Shown here: piece by piece, positions 45,773 through 55,377 of the stretch | Numbering within the stretch: the stretch's first letter is position 1 | Layout of the letters: each line of letters opens with the position of its first letter | Origin: Candidatus Undinarchaeota archaeon | GTDB lineage: Archaea > SpSt-1190 > DYHY01 > CAZGQF01 | Assembly: GCA_964527545.1 (NCBI GenBank) | Contig: CAZGQF010000002.1 | Span: 23,452 to 87,451, forward strand | Direction: 5' to 3' | Length of the DNA: 64,000 nucleotides | The notes under the pieces: generated by a model | Database searches by the model: none | The model's input: only the letters and a program-made list of their open reading frames with translations | What the model was told of the DNA's origin: nothing | Made by a program: the position numbers and the translations under genes

Positions 45773-46463
45773 CTTCCTTGAACTCCACGAAGGTCTTTGT
45801 GGGGCAGAGCCCTTCAACTCTCTTCTTTCCCGCGCCCCCTATCGCGACCAGGGCGAAACAGCCCTGGAGACGTGACTGCTCTGAGAGAACAGTTAATATT
45901 GCTTCTGCAGAGCGCCCCGTCCTTATGACGTCGTCGACGAAGAGCGTCTTCGTCGAGGAGCTGCAGACCTCTGCAGGCAGGTAGAGGGGACGGGCGGTCC
46001 CCTTCTCGTCGAAGATGTTGATCTCTATGTAGTCTTTCACTCCCAGCTTCTTTCTCTCGCGGAGGTAGCCGATCCTCGCCCCGATCTCCTTTGCCAGCAG
46101 CGTGGCGACGGGCAGGCCGTCCTCCGTGGTGACTACCAGTTCCACCTTTTCGTAGTCTCCAGCCACCGCTTTTGCAATTGAAGAGAGCAGCTTAACGTCT
46201 GTTAGGAGGTCGATGTCGTTGATGAACCTTCCGAACTTCAATATCTTGCTTTTCGCCTCTTCCTTCAACCTTCCCCCATAGAGGGAGATTATCATCCCAC
46301 TCTTCTCCTGGTTGGGCAGTACCCTGCCCTTAACGTAGCGGTTGAGGACCGTTATGGGGAGGCCGGTCTCGCCGGAGAGCTTCTTGTAGGTCTTCTCCCT
46401 CTTCTCCCTCTTCAGGAGCTGGACTGCCCGGAGAGAACGTTTTACCCTTCCCAGCCTTCGCAT
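45765..46463 (-). CDS. HTH plus phosphoribosyltransferase-like regulator (GfcR/PyrE2-like)
   Basis: N-terminal HTH (TYKKLSGETGLPITVLNRYVKG) and C-terminal PRTase motif TLFVDDVIRTGRS. Confidence 0.5.
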   Translation of the reverse strand: MRRLGRVKRSLRAVQLLKREKREKTYKKLSGETGLPITVLNRYVKGRVLPNQEKSGMIISLYGGRLKEEAKSKILKFGRFINDIDLLTDVKLLSSIAKAVAGDYEKVELVVTTEDGLPVATLLAKEIGARIGYLRERKKLGVKDYIEINIFDEKGTARPLYLPAEVCSSSTKTLFVDDVIRTGRSAEAILTVLSEQSRLQGCFALVAIGGAGKKRVEGLCPTKTFVEFKEDG

Positions 46464-46543
46464 GCTGGGTTTGACATATTCGTGATTAAAAGAGTTCCCA
46501 CTGGTCTCGATAAGAATAAAAGAGCTTGTTATGGTAGGGCGGC

Positions 46544-47542
46544 ATGCTCCCTGACAAGCTGGAGGAGGGCGACGAGGTCAGAGTCATCGCACCGTCCAGG
46601 TCGCTCTCCATAATCTCTTCCGACGTGAGAAAGCTGGCTGAGAGAAACCTCGAGTCCCTCGGCCTGGAGGTCACATACTCTGAGCACGCCGAGGAGTCGG
46701 GCGAGTTCAGATCGCCTTCGCTCTCCTCCCGCCTCTCCGACATACATGCCGCCTTCTCTGACTCGGGCGTGAAGGCGATACTCTCCTCCATTGGTGGCTG
46801 GAACGCCAATCAGCTGCTTCCCCATCTCGACTACTCCCTCATAGCCCAGTGCTCCAAGATATTCTGCGGCTACTCTGACATCACCGCCCTCCAGAACGCC
46901 ATCTATGCAAAGACGGGCATGGTCACTTACTCAGGGCCGCACTTCTCGTCCTTCGGCATGGAGGAAGGCCTTGAGTATACAGTCGAGTATTTCAGGAAGT
47001 GCCTCTTCTCGGAGTCGCCATTCGAGATACTGCCTTCGCCCCGATGGAGCGAGGACGAGTGGTTCATCGACCAGGAGGACAGGACTTTCATAGACAACCC
47101 AGGCCACTTCATCATAAACGAGGGCCTTGCGAACGGGGAGATAGTCGGGGGAAACCTCGGCACGTTCTCCCTTCTCAAGGGAACAGAGTACATGCCAGAT
47201 CTCGAGGGCAAAGTCCTCTTCTTCGAGGACTGCCTTGAGTCGCCCACATCATATCTCTGTGACTTCGACCGCGAGCTCACCTCCCTCATGCAGCAGCCCG
47301 GATTCGAGGACGTGGAGGCCATAGTGCTGGGCAGGCTACAGTCCGTGAAGGGTCTGACCCGCCAGCGCCTCAAGGAGAAGCTTGTTCTCCTGGTTGAGGC
47401 CAAGTCTGAGCTCGACAACATTCCAGTGATCGGGGGCGTCGACTTCGGCCACACCACCCCCCAGATCACTTTCCCAATAGGCGGCACGGTCGAGATAGCG
47501 GCAGAAGGAGACGAGACTGAGATAAAAATGATGATGCACTGA
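46544..47542 (+). CDS. LD-carboxypeptidase (peptidase S66, MccF/LdcA-like)
   Basis: GDEVRVIAPS N-terminus, GYSDITAL nucleophile region, FGHTTPQ C-terminal His motif. Confidence 0.6.
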   Translation: MLPDKLEEGDEVRVIAPSRSLSIISSDVRKLAERNLESLGLEVTYSEHAEESGEFRSPSLSSRLSDIHAAFSDSGVKAILSSIGGWNANQLLPHLDYSLIAQCSKIFCGYSDITALQNAIYAKTGMVTYSGPHFSSFGMEEGLEYTVEYFRKCLFSESPFEILPSPRWSEDEWFIDQEDRTFIDNPGHFIINEGLANGEIVGGNLGTFSLLKGTEYMPDLEGKVLFFEDCLESPTSYLCDFDRELTSLMQQPGFEDVEAIVLGRLQSVKGLTRQRLKEKLVLLVEAKSELDNIPVIGGVDFGHTTPQITFPIGGTVEIAAEGDETEIKMMMH

Positions 47543-47548
47543 GGCATC

Positions 47549-48400
47549 CTAGCCAGAGCTGATTAGCGCTATCCCCACCACTGTCGCCGCCGCTACCGCC
47601 GTCCCCTTCAGGAAGCCGTCCTCCCCGAAGTACTTTCCGCCGACGAAAGAGGCCAGCACGCTCCCAGTCTTCTTCAGCGGTATGATGAGGCTGATGAGGC
47701 TCGACGGGGCGACGACAGCCTGGAAGTAGAAGAGGTCCCTCACGAACGAGAAGACGCCCAGAAGGAAGAGCAGGGGCTCCCCCTCGAAGCCGAGCCACAG
47801 CTCCTTCACGCCCTCCCTCCAGGCGATGACGACACCGTAGCCGACTGCCATGAAGAGGAACGGATAGAAGATCATGGAGGGGTAACCGACTGCGGCGGTT
47901 ATCGCCTTGTCGAGTACGGCGAGAAGGCAGCCCATGGTCATGGCTGCGAAGAGGGGGACGAGGGGGCCGGAGTCCGGGAGGTCAGACGGCTTCTTGAGGT
48001 GGAGCTCGTCTTTGAGGAGGAGGGAGGCGCCGACCACCAGGCCGACCCCTGCCAGCTGAGGGAGGCCGAGTCTCTCGCCGAGGAAGAGATAGCTGAACAA
48101 GAGGAGGATGACAGGCGAGGTGTTGCTGAGCGGCTCGATGAGATGTATCGACAGTTCCCTGAAGGCGCGCAGGTAGAGTATCCAGGACGACGCCATCAGA
48201 ACCGACTTCAGCATCAGCAAGGCGAATATTTCGAGGGAGGGGATTGGCGGGGGGAAGAGCGTCAGGGAGAGCAGCGAGACGGAGAGTGAGACGGAGAAAG
48301 CGAGGTGGAGCGGCATCTCCACCTTCAGCTCGCTTTTTGTGAGGATGTCGTTGAGAGCGACAAAAATGGCGGAGAGCAGCGACAGCACGACCCAGTCCAT
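47549..48400 (-). CDS. EamA/DMT-like membrane transporter
   Basis: About 9-10 TM helices with duplicated halves. Confidence 0.5.
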   Translation of the reverse strand: MDWVVLSLLSAIFVALNDILTKSELKVEMPLHLAFSVSLSVSLLSLTLFPPPIPSLEIFALLMLKSVLMASSWILYLRAFRELSIHLIEPLSNTSPVILLLFSYLFLGERLGLPQLAGVGLVVGASLLLKDELHLKKPSDLPDSGPLVPLFAAMTMGCLLAVLDKAITAAVGYPSMIFYPFLFMAVGYGVVIAWREGVKELWLGFEGEPLLFLLGVFSFVRDLFYFQAVVAPSSLISLIIPLKKTGSVLASFVGGKYFGEDGFLKGTAVAAATVVGIALISSG

Positions 48401-48459
48401 GTGCTTCTGCCCAGTTCCTCACTAATAACCCTTATATCTGACTGCGGACACACTCTGGC

Positions 48460-49404
48460 GTGAAGGCCTTCGACCTGGTCCAGCCGTCGATCGACTCGAC
48501 CGTCTCGTTCTACAGGAAGCTGGACCTTGAAGGCTGGCTGAAGATGGGACTGGTCAACACCCTTTCAGGCAGTGGCGGCGGCGGGAACCCAAGCGTCTCT
48601 TCCAGCAGCAGTGGCGGCGGTCCAACTCCGGAGATGCCAGACCCAGCCACTTTCCTCAAGAAGTGGGGCCCGGTCATCTTTGTCCTCGGCCTGGCGGGCG
48701 TGGTCCTCGCAGCGATAGGTGCCTCCATAACGTGGCTCTTCACTTTTCTCTTCTACGACATAGTGGACAGCGGCAAGATCAACTTCGATCTCTTCAAGCG
48801 GAAGTCCTCTGTCTGGCAGATGGTTCTCTACACTCTCGCCCTTGGGCTTCTCGTTCTCTTTGTTGTCTCTGTCGGCGGCGGAGGACTCTACGCAATCTAC
48901 TCCCGATCGGAGACTGCTGCCGTCCCCGCTTTCGTGTTGTTGGTGCCGCTCTTCCTCATCCTTTTCTCCCTGATCTTCTTGTTCAACACGCTGGTCACCA
49001 ACTTTGCGGTGCCAGACGTCTTCTACAGGAAGAAGTCCATCTGGGAGTCCCTGAAGGCCTCCCTCCCCGCAGTCTCTAAGAATCTTGGCGAGTCCTTCTT
49101 TTTCCTCTTGGCGAAGCTGGTGCTCGGCGCCGTGGCCAGCTTGATCCTGCTCATCGGGGCACTGTTGCTTTTAGTCCCGCTCGGCCTCATTGCAGCCATG
49201 GTGGCCTTGCCCTTTTTCCTTTTCGCCATCTTCGTCTCCGGTCCGGGCGCAGCAGCCGTCGCAATGGTCGCCGCGATTCTTGCCCTGCCCCTCCTCTTTC
49301 TCTTCGGCCTGGCAGTCTCGTCGCTCACTTCACCCATAAGCTTCTTCATGAACCACTACACGCTCTCATTCTACAGGAACGTCCTCTCCAAGTCGATGGT
49401 GTGA
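48460..49404 (+). CDS. Polytopic membrane protein (hypothetical)
   Basis: Gly/Ser-rich linker followed by 6-7 strongly hydrophobic helices. Confidence 0.45.
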   Translation: MKAFDLVQPSIDSTVSFYRKLDLEGWLKMGLVNTLSGSGGGGNPSVSSSSSGGGPTPEMPDPATFLKKWGPVIFVLGLAGVVLAAIGASITWLFTFLFYDIVDSGKINFDLFKRKSSVWQMVLYTLALGLLVLFVVSVGGGGLYAIYSRSETAAVPAFVLLVPLFLILFSLIFLFNTLVTNFAVPDVFYRKKSIWESLKASLPAVSKNLGESFFFLLAKLVLGAVASLILLIGALLLLVPLGLIAAMVALPFFLFAIFVSGPGAAAVAMVAAILALPLLFLFGLAVSSLTSPISFFMNHYTLSFYRNVLSKSMV

Positions 49405-49410
49405 GCCTGG

Positions 49411-49977
49411 CTAGACCGGCGCACTGGCCTCGACGACCTTGAGCCGGTACTTCGCAGTTGCCTCCGCCCCTCCAGGCATGGGAAGCACGCCTTTCTCCAG
49501 GCAGTCGTCGACCTGGGCTCGGTTTCTTCCTATCCTCTCCAGGTAGTCGCCGAGGTTCCGAAGGAAAGAGCAGACCCGCTTCTTCGGCTTCAGGAGGCCG
49601 AGGAAGATCTCGTCTCCCGGCCCCAGCGCGAAGAGGGCGTCCTTAACGACCTCCCCCTCGTAGATAGTGCCGTGACTGCCGCTCCCCTCGTAGAGGAGAT
49701 CCCCTTCCAGCATGAACAGTGTCCCGTGCTCTTCTGATATTGTGAAAGGCCAGTTCTCCTTCAGCCCGATTTTCTTGCCCCTTATCTCCATGAAGTCGTT
49801 CAGCAGGCTGTAGTTTTGGTTGTTCCTTCCAATGACCTTCTCCCCGGGCTTTATCTCCATCTCCCTGTAGGCGAATGGCGATGTCGGGTCTCGCGGCCTT
49901 CCCTTCTGGTCTTCTAGGTAGAAGAGGTCGTTCTGCCTCCTCAAGTCCTCGACCCTGATTGCGATTGCGCCCGGCAT
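49411..49977 (-). CDS. FHA-domain-like protein
   Basis: VIGRNNQN...ISEEHGTLF...GSGSHGTIYEGEVV...GDEIFLG resembles the FHA core. Confidence 0.4.
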   Translation of the reverse strand: MPGAIAIRVEDLRRQNDLFYLEDQKGRPRDPTSPFAYREMEIKPGEKVIGRNNQNYSLLNDFMEIRGKKIGLKENWPFTISEEHGTLFMLEGDLLYEGSGSHGTIYEGEVVKDALFALGPGDEIFLGLLKPKKRVCSFLRNLGDYLERIGRNRAQVDDCLEKGVLPMPGGAEATAKYRLKVVEASAPV

Positions 49978-50041
49978 CCATATTACTACTCTGAAGTCAC
50001 TTAAATCTTTTCCGTTCCCTGGCCGGAGCGCTTATAAGAGG

Positions 50042-50338
50042 GTGGAACCGGCCGACCACATGCTTTCCAAGATACCGTTGGACTTGAAGAAGGCCGAAGG
50101 CAACATCGACACGGAGATCCTCCGCGTCGGAATCATAGCGGAGCTCGACGCCATCAACCTCTACGAGCAGATGGCAGCGATGACAGACGACGTCCTCCTG
50201 AAGAAGGTCTTCATGGACATCGCAGAAGAGGAGAAGACTCACGTCGGCGAGTTCCAGGCCCTGCTGCTCGAGAAGGACCCTGAGCAGAAGAAAGAGCTCG
50301 AAGAGGGCAAGGAAGAAGTCGACGAGATGCGCGAGTGA
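50042..50338 (+). CDS. Ferritin-like (rubrerythrin-type) small protein
   Basis: ELDAINLYE and EEEKTHVGEF resemble ExxH di-iron motifs. Confidence 0.4.
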   Translation: MEPADHMLSKIPLDLKKAEGNIDTEILRVGIIAELDAINLYEQMAAMTDDVLLKKVFMDIAEEEKTHVGEFQALLLEKDPEQKKELEEGKEEVDEMRE

Positions 50339-50391
50339 AGAGTGTCAAGGGGTTCTTCTCTGCTTGACCGGTTGTCTGGCCAGCGTCTCAG

Positions 50392-50958
50392 TCACTCTTC
50401 CCCCAAGATGTCGTAGAGATCTTCTTTCAGGACTATCTTGTTGGTCCTTCCTAGGGGCTTTTTCTCGACTACGCCCTTTCCCTTCAATTTCTTTATTGCG
50501 CGGTGGACGCTGACTTTGTTCATACCAGGAAGCTTGGAGAACTCATACTGCTTGGCCTCCCCACCTTTCTCCTTCAGCTTGTCTACTATTTTTCGTTCAT
50601 CTTGGGAGAGAAGGTCCAGCATCATGTCTGTATTCTTTTTCAGCGATTCGTCTTTCTCGACGACCTGCTCCGACATCAAATAGTATACCAGCGTCCCAAC
50701 GAGGACGCCCGAGAAAGCTGCGAATGGAATGAACAGTTCGGGCGGCAGTCTTCTCCTGCTTTCCCTTTCGCACTCCAGACATCTCGTCACGTTTGGGGGG
50801 GCCGTGAAGTTGAGGCTCCGGTTATCCAGCCTTTCCGCTTGGAACCTCTGGAACATGCTCGTCCTTCTGTCTTCTATGTAGAGGCTGGCCGACAATACAA
50901 GGAGGGCGAAAGTTACGAGGACCCCTATGCCCAGCACAGTCCGGCGGTTTTGGTTCAT
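50392..50958 (-). CDS. Membrane-anchored winged-helix transcriptional regulator
   Basis: Two TM helices followed by cytoplasmic wHTH (DERKIVDKLKEKGGEAKQYEFSKLPGMNKVSVHRAIKKLKGKGVV). Confidence 0.5.
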   Translation of the reverse strand: MNQNRRTVLGIGVLVTFALLVLSASLYIEDRRTSMFQRFQAERLDNRSLNFTAPPNVTRCLECERESRRRLPPELFIPFAAFSGVLVGTLVYYLMSEQVVEKDESLKKNTDMMLDLLSQDERKIVDKLKEKGGEAKQYEFSKLPGMNKVSVHRAIKKLKGKGVVEKKPLGRTNKIVLKEDLYDILGEE

Positions 50959-51002
50959 CCTGACAGTCTCTGACGGGCTCGAGAATAAATGTCTTTTCGT
51001 GA

Positions 51003-51060
51003 GTTTCGCATTTTGAAACGTTGCTTAAAAATCGTTTCGGAAAGACCTATCAATCGTTTC
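51003..51060. promoter_or_regulatory. Candidate operator/promoter with repeated CGTTTC/GAAACG half-sites
   Basis: GAAACG(51015-51020)-N12-CGTTTC(51033-51038) inverted repeat spanning TTAAAAAT; further CGTTTC at 51055-51060 and GTTTCG at 51004-51009. Confidence 0.4.
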
Positions 51061-51158
51061 TTGTTTAGTAACTTTAGGATCGGGGGGAAAGGTCCACACG
51101 GGAATGATGAGATGAAAGGAAAATTCGGCTCGCAAGTTAATGGAAAGGGTTCCGAAAA

Positions 51159-51857
51159 ATGAAACCAATAGTGGTTCTTGATGATGTCTGGAAGACATAT
51201 AGAATGGGAGAGGTCGATGTCCCCGCAATAAGGGGCGTCAGCCTCGAGATCAAGCAGGGCGACTTCGTGGCTGTCACGGGCCCCTCGGGCAGCGGGAAGT
51301 CAACAATGCTAAACATGATAGGCTGTTTGGATGCGCCGACGCGCGGAACAATTCACCTGAAGGGCCAGAGCATAACCACGTTGCCTGAATCGCGCCTCTC
51401 GGAGCTGAGGGGAAGGACCATTGGATTCATCTTTCAGCAGTACAACCTGATCCCGTCGGTCGATGCCTACTCAAACGTCATACTGCCGCTTGAGTTCCAA
51501 GAGGTCGATGACGACGAGGCAGACAAGAGGGTCAGGGAGGTCATGGAGAGGGTTGGTCTGGGCGGTTTCATGCACCATCTGCCCACGGAACTCTCCGGCG
51601 GTCAGCAGCAGAGGGTCGCGATAGCGAGGTGCCTGGTCTCCAGGCCGGAGATGATACTGGCGGACGAGCCGACAGGCTCCCTCGACAGCGTCACCGGTGA
51701 GAACATAATCGGCATGCTGAGGGAGTTCTGGGAGGAGGGGAAGACAGTGGTCATCGTGACGCACAACCCAGAGCTTGCAAAGTTCGCTCACACGACTGTC
51801 GGACTTCAGGACGGCATGGTAGTCGAGACAAAGGTAAACAAGGAGACAAAGAGATGA
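51159..51857 (+). CDS. ABC transporter ATP-binding protein (MacB/LolD-type)
   Basis: Walker A GPSGSGKST, signature LSGGQQQRV, Walker B ILADEPT. Confidence 0.85.
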   Translation: MKPIVVLDDVWKTYRMGEVDVPAIRGVSLEIKQGDFVAVTGPSGSGKSTMLNMIGCLDAPTRGTIHLKGQSITTLPESRLSELRGRTIGFIFQQYNLIPSVDAYSNVILPLEFQEVDDDEADKRVREVMERVGLGGFMHHLPTELSGGQQQRVAIARCLVSRPEMILADEPTGSLDSVTGENIIGMLREFWEEGKTVVIVTHNPELAKFAHTTVGLQDGMVVETKVNKETKR

Positions 51858-53125
51858 CAAAAATGAAGAAAAGAAAGATGCTTGAAAGAACGGTTTTGAT
51901 GACCTTTTTGTTTGGTCTTCTGGTCGGCGGGGCCTCCGCGGAAACGGGCTCCGTCACCCTCAACCTGGTCAACCAAGACCCCGACCCAGCAGTCGCTGGG
52001 CGTCTCGTGGAGATAAGGCTCGGCCTGGAGAACAGGGGAAGCGAGACGCTCAATGACCTCAAAGTGAAGCTGGCTCCGGAGTATCCCTTCGAGCTCCTGC
52101 CGGGCAGTGACGGCATAGTGAGTGTGGGCTCCCTGAGGCCCTTCCAGAGCGACGAGGAGATCAGCATAGTGAAGGCCAGGCTGAACAGCTTTTCTGGGGC
52201 AACTTCCGGCTCTTACGACTTGGACGTCTTCGTCTATGAGAGCGGAAGGGAGAACCAGACCAAGGTAAGGAGGACAGTCAGTCTCGAAATCGAGAGCAGG
52301 GAGATGGTAGCGGTGACGGACATAAGCAGGTCTGCGCTACTGCCTGGGGAGAAGGGCGAGCTGTCCTTCACCCTCAAGAACGTGGGGTCCGCATCTCTGC
52401 AGGATGTCACATTTTCGTGGACAAGCGAGGACGACGCAATACTCCCCGTCAACTCGCCGAATTCGAGGACCCTCCCAGAAATTGGGGCGGGTGAGAGCGT
52501 GGAACTCAAGTACGATGTCATGGCAAGCACGGGCGTGGCCGCGGGGCTGTACAAGCTCAGCATGGAGATAAGCTATGACGATCCCATCACTGATGAGAAT
52601 GCATCGGAGGAGAGCGTCGCAGGGGTTTACGTGGGGGGAGGGACAGATTTCGAGGTGGCTTTTTCCGGCTCTTCCGACGAGGACTTCACATTTTCCATAG
52701 CCAACACAGGCGCAAACCCGTCCTACTCTGTTGCTGTCCACGTCCCTGAACAGGATGGTTGGAGGGCGGCAGGGACGGACACTTCGATAATCGGCAACCT
52801 TGAACAGGGCGACTACACCGTTGTGACCTTCCAGCTGGAGGGGACCAGGAACAGCGGTGAGCTCGCCCTGGAGATAAGGTACACGGATACTGCAGGCGAG
52901 AGAAGGGTTTTGAGTAAGAAGGTAAGCATGCCTTTTTCGCTGGCCAGCGGGACCTCGTCTGCAATTGAGTCTGTCAGGACATCAAATGAATCGGGGAGGC
53001 CGAGGGGGATGAATATGGTGCCCCAAGAAGGCGCACTCTCGCGGCTGTGGGAGCAGGTCAAGCTGCCCCTTCTTGCAGTTGCCGCCTTGGCAGGGCTCTG
53101 GCTCTACAGAAAGAAGAAGGGATGA
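51854..53125 (+). CDS. Secreted beta-sandwich protein with C-terminal TM anchor (CARDB/COG1361-like ABC partner)
   Basis: Signal peptide, three approx 110-aa repeats, C-terminal LPLLAVAALAGLWLY anchor; ATGA overlap with the ATPase gene. Confidence 0.55.
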   Translation: MTKMKKRKMLERTVLMTFLFGLLVGGASAETGSVTLNLVNQDPDPAVAGRLVEIRLGLENRGSETLNDLKVKLAPEYPFELLPGSDGIVSVGSLRPFQSDEEISIVKARLNSFSGATSGSYDLDVFVYESGRENQTKVRRTVSLEIESREMVAVTDISRSALLPGEKGELSFTLKNVGSASLQDVTFSWTSEDDAILPVNSPNSRTLPEIGAGESVELKYDVMASTGVAAGLYKLSMEISYDDPITDENASEESVAGVYVGGGTDFEVAFSGSSDEDFTFSIANTGANPSYSVAVHVPEQDGWRAAGTDTSIIGNLEQGDYTVVTFQLEGTRNSGELALEIRYTDTAGERRVLSKKVSMPFSLASGTSSAIESVRTSNESGRPRGMNMVPQEGALSRLWEQVKLPLLAVAALAGLWLYRKKKG

Positions 53126-53129
53126 GCGG

Positions 53130-54332
53130 ATGAAGCTGGCCAAGAGTCTTAGTCGCGCCTTTGGGATAGTCGCCCACAGCAAGTTGAGGAGCTGGCTTAC
53201 CATAATCGGCGTAGTCATTGGCGTGGCATCTGTCATAGCGATAGTCTCCATGGGGAAAGGCATGCAGGCCTCCGTGGAAGAGGGGCTGGGAGGACTTGGA
53301 GCGGACCTGATAACAATAACGCCGGGCGCTTCGAGAGGCTTCGGCAGGGGACCTTTCAGGATGGAGACGGGTGCGGTGGAAGAGGAGGTCACCCTCGACG
53401 ACAAGGACGTCCTTGCCTTGAAGCTGATTGTCGGTATAGACGAGATAAGCCCTGAGATATCGGGTAACGTCGAGGTCAGCTACTTGAGCAAGTTTGCCAA
53501 AGTCAACATAAGAGGAATAGACCCCTCCGTCTGGCCGAAGGTTACGACAGAGGAAGTGGTCGGGGGGAGGATGTTTGGCCCTGCGGACAGGAATGTCGTC
53601 CTGATAGGGAGCAGGCTGGCCGAGGACTATTTCGACTCGCCGGTTGGGCTGAACCAGAGGATCCAGGTCGAGGGCGGCTCTTATAGGGTTGTTGGCATAC
53701 TGGACGGCGGCTCCACGGTCTACATGCCCATGCAGAGCGCCTACAGTCTTCTGGACGACGTGGAGCGGGGGACATATGGTTCCATAGTCGTCAAGATTAG
53801 GGAGGGTGGGGACCTGGACGCCGTCAGGGAGGAGATTGAGAGGCGGCTTAGGATATCAAGGAACGTCTCCGAGAAGGAACAGGATTTCTCTGTGAGCGAC
53901 CCGTCTGCCTTCAGCGAGAGGATAAGCGAGGTGAGCACCACAATGACCACCTTCCTGGCAGGGATAGCTGCAATCTCGCTGGTGGTCGGCTCCGTCGGCA
54001 TAGCGAACACCATGTTCACCTCCGTCTTGGAGAGGACAAAGGACATTGGGATAATGAAGGCGATAGGGGCCAGGAACCGCGACGTGTTCACAATTTTCAT
54101 TTTCAGTTCCGCCCTGCTCAGTCTCTTTGGCGGTATCATAGGGGTCGCCCTCGGGATCTGGCTCTCTACTTTGGTGGGTCCTGTGATGGGTACGGGCGTT
54201 CAGGGCGTTGTTACCCCAGATGTGGTAGCCGGCTCCCTTTCCATCTCTGTTGTGGTCGGGCTGGTCTCCGGCTTTGCTCCCGCCTACAAGGCATCAAAGC
54301 TGAAGCCGGCAGAAGCGTTGAGATGGGGTTAG
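53130..54332 (+). CDS. ABC transporter permease (FtsX/MacB-type)
   Basis: N-terminal TM, large periplasmic-type domain, C-terminal 3-TM FtsX-like bundle; start at ATG 53130. Confidence 0.75.
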   Translation: MKLAKSLSRAFGIVAHSKLRSWLTIIGVVIGVASVIAIVSMGKGMQASVEEGLGGLGADLITITPGASRGFGRGPFRMETGAVEEEVTLDDKDVLALKLIVGIDEISPEISGNVEVSYLSKFAKVNIRGIDPSVWPKVTTEEVVGGRMFGPADRNVVLIGSRLAEDYFDSPVGLNQRIQVEGGSYRVVGILDGGSTVYMPMQSAYSLLDDVERGTYGSIVVKIREGGDLDAVREEIERRLRISRNVSEKEQDFSVSDPSAFSERISEVSTTMTTFLAGIAAISLVVGSVGIANTMFTSVLERTKDIGIMKAIGARNRDVFTIFIFSSALLSLFGGIIGVALGIWLSTLVGPVMGTGVQGVVTPDVVAGSLSISVVVGLVSGFAPAYKASKLKPAEALRWG

Positions 54333-54374
54333 CTTTCTGGAAAAGGATTTAACCCTGCGTGCAGGCTCTGCTCC

Positions 54375-54839
54375 ATGGCCGAGCAGGTCGTCACTTTTGG
54401 GGCTGGCTGCTTCTGGCACGTCCAGGCCGCCTTCGACAAGATCGACGGCGTGGTCGAGACGACAGTGGGATACATGGGCGGCGACTTTGCGGAGCCGACC
54501 TATGAAGAGGTCCACACCGGAAAGACCGGCCACGCAGAGGTCTGCCAGGTAATCTACGACACCGAGAAGGTCTCTTTCGGGAAGCTGCTCGACGTCTTCT
54601 GGTCGATACACGACCCGACACAGGTCGACAGGCAGGGGCCGAACGTCGGCCCCCAGTACCGCTCTGTCGTCTTCTTCCACTCAAAAGAGCAGAGGGAGAA
54701 GGCCCTGGCCTCGCGGGAGAGGGAGGCGGAGAGGCGCGAGGAAGAGATAGCGACTGAGATTCTTCCTGCAAAGACGTTCTGGAAGGCGGAAAACTGCCAC
54801 CAGAAATACTACAAGAAGGGGCCTCTCAGCCTCTTATGA
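54375..54839 (+). CDS. msrA: Peptide methionine sulfoxide reductase MsrA
   Basis: Catalytic GCFWH/GAGCFW motif near the N-terminus and HDPT region. Confidence 0.85.
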   Translation: MAEQVVTFGAGCFWHVQAAFDKIDGVVETTVGYMGGDFAEPTYEEVHTGKTGHAEVCQVIYDTEKVSFGKLLDVFWSIHDPTQVDRQGPNVGPQYRSVVFFHSKEQREKALASREREAERREEEIATEILPAKTFWKAENCHQKYYKKGPLSLL

Positions 54840-55271
54840 CCGCTTTTCCCACGGGAAGACCAGCCACTCGTTGCCTGTCTTCTTCCAGTAGAAGTCTGGC
54901 TCGAACTCACTCTCCTTTTTGAGGTAGAGGGTCGCGGTGCAGACATCACCTTCGAAGAGCTGGCCTATCCTCTCCATGGTGATCCCCTTCTGGACCACTT
55001 CGTCGACGAGAAGCGTCTTGCCCTCCGGCAGTTCGAGGGGCAGCTGGTAGACTTCGAGCTCTCCCCCTTCGCCGCCTTCATACCTCTTCGCCCCCACTGA
55101 GTATGCCTTTCTCACGTCGAACCTGTTTGCGAGTAGGAGGGCAGGGAACCAGCCGCCCTTGGCTATGCCGACCACATTGCTCGGCCTGCCCCACTCCGCC
55201 TCAATCCTGTCCGCCAGGCAGTCCACGCCATCCTTTAAGTCCTGATAGGTGACTTCTATCTCTTCCGCCAT
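54834..55271 (-). CDS. Purine phosphoribosyltransferase (type I PRTase, Gpt-like)
   Basis: PRPP-binding motif LLVDEVVQKG; about 145 aa. Confidence 0.6.
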   Translation of the reverse strand: MAEEIEVTYQDLKDGVDCLADRIEAEWGRPSNVVGIAKGGWFPALLLANRFDVRKAYSVGAKRYEGGEGGELEVYQLPLELPEGKTLLVDEVVQKGITMERIGQLFEGDVCTATLYLKKESEFEPDFYWKKTGNEWLVFPWEKRS

Positions 55272-55377
55272 CTCCCGCCTGCGTCTCCCGCCTTTTTAGT
55301 TTTAACGAGTGACAAGTTTGGCGAGATGTGTTGGGTCTGTGCTCTGCTCCAGAAAGGGTTATATCTCTGGGGTGAGG

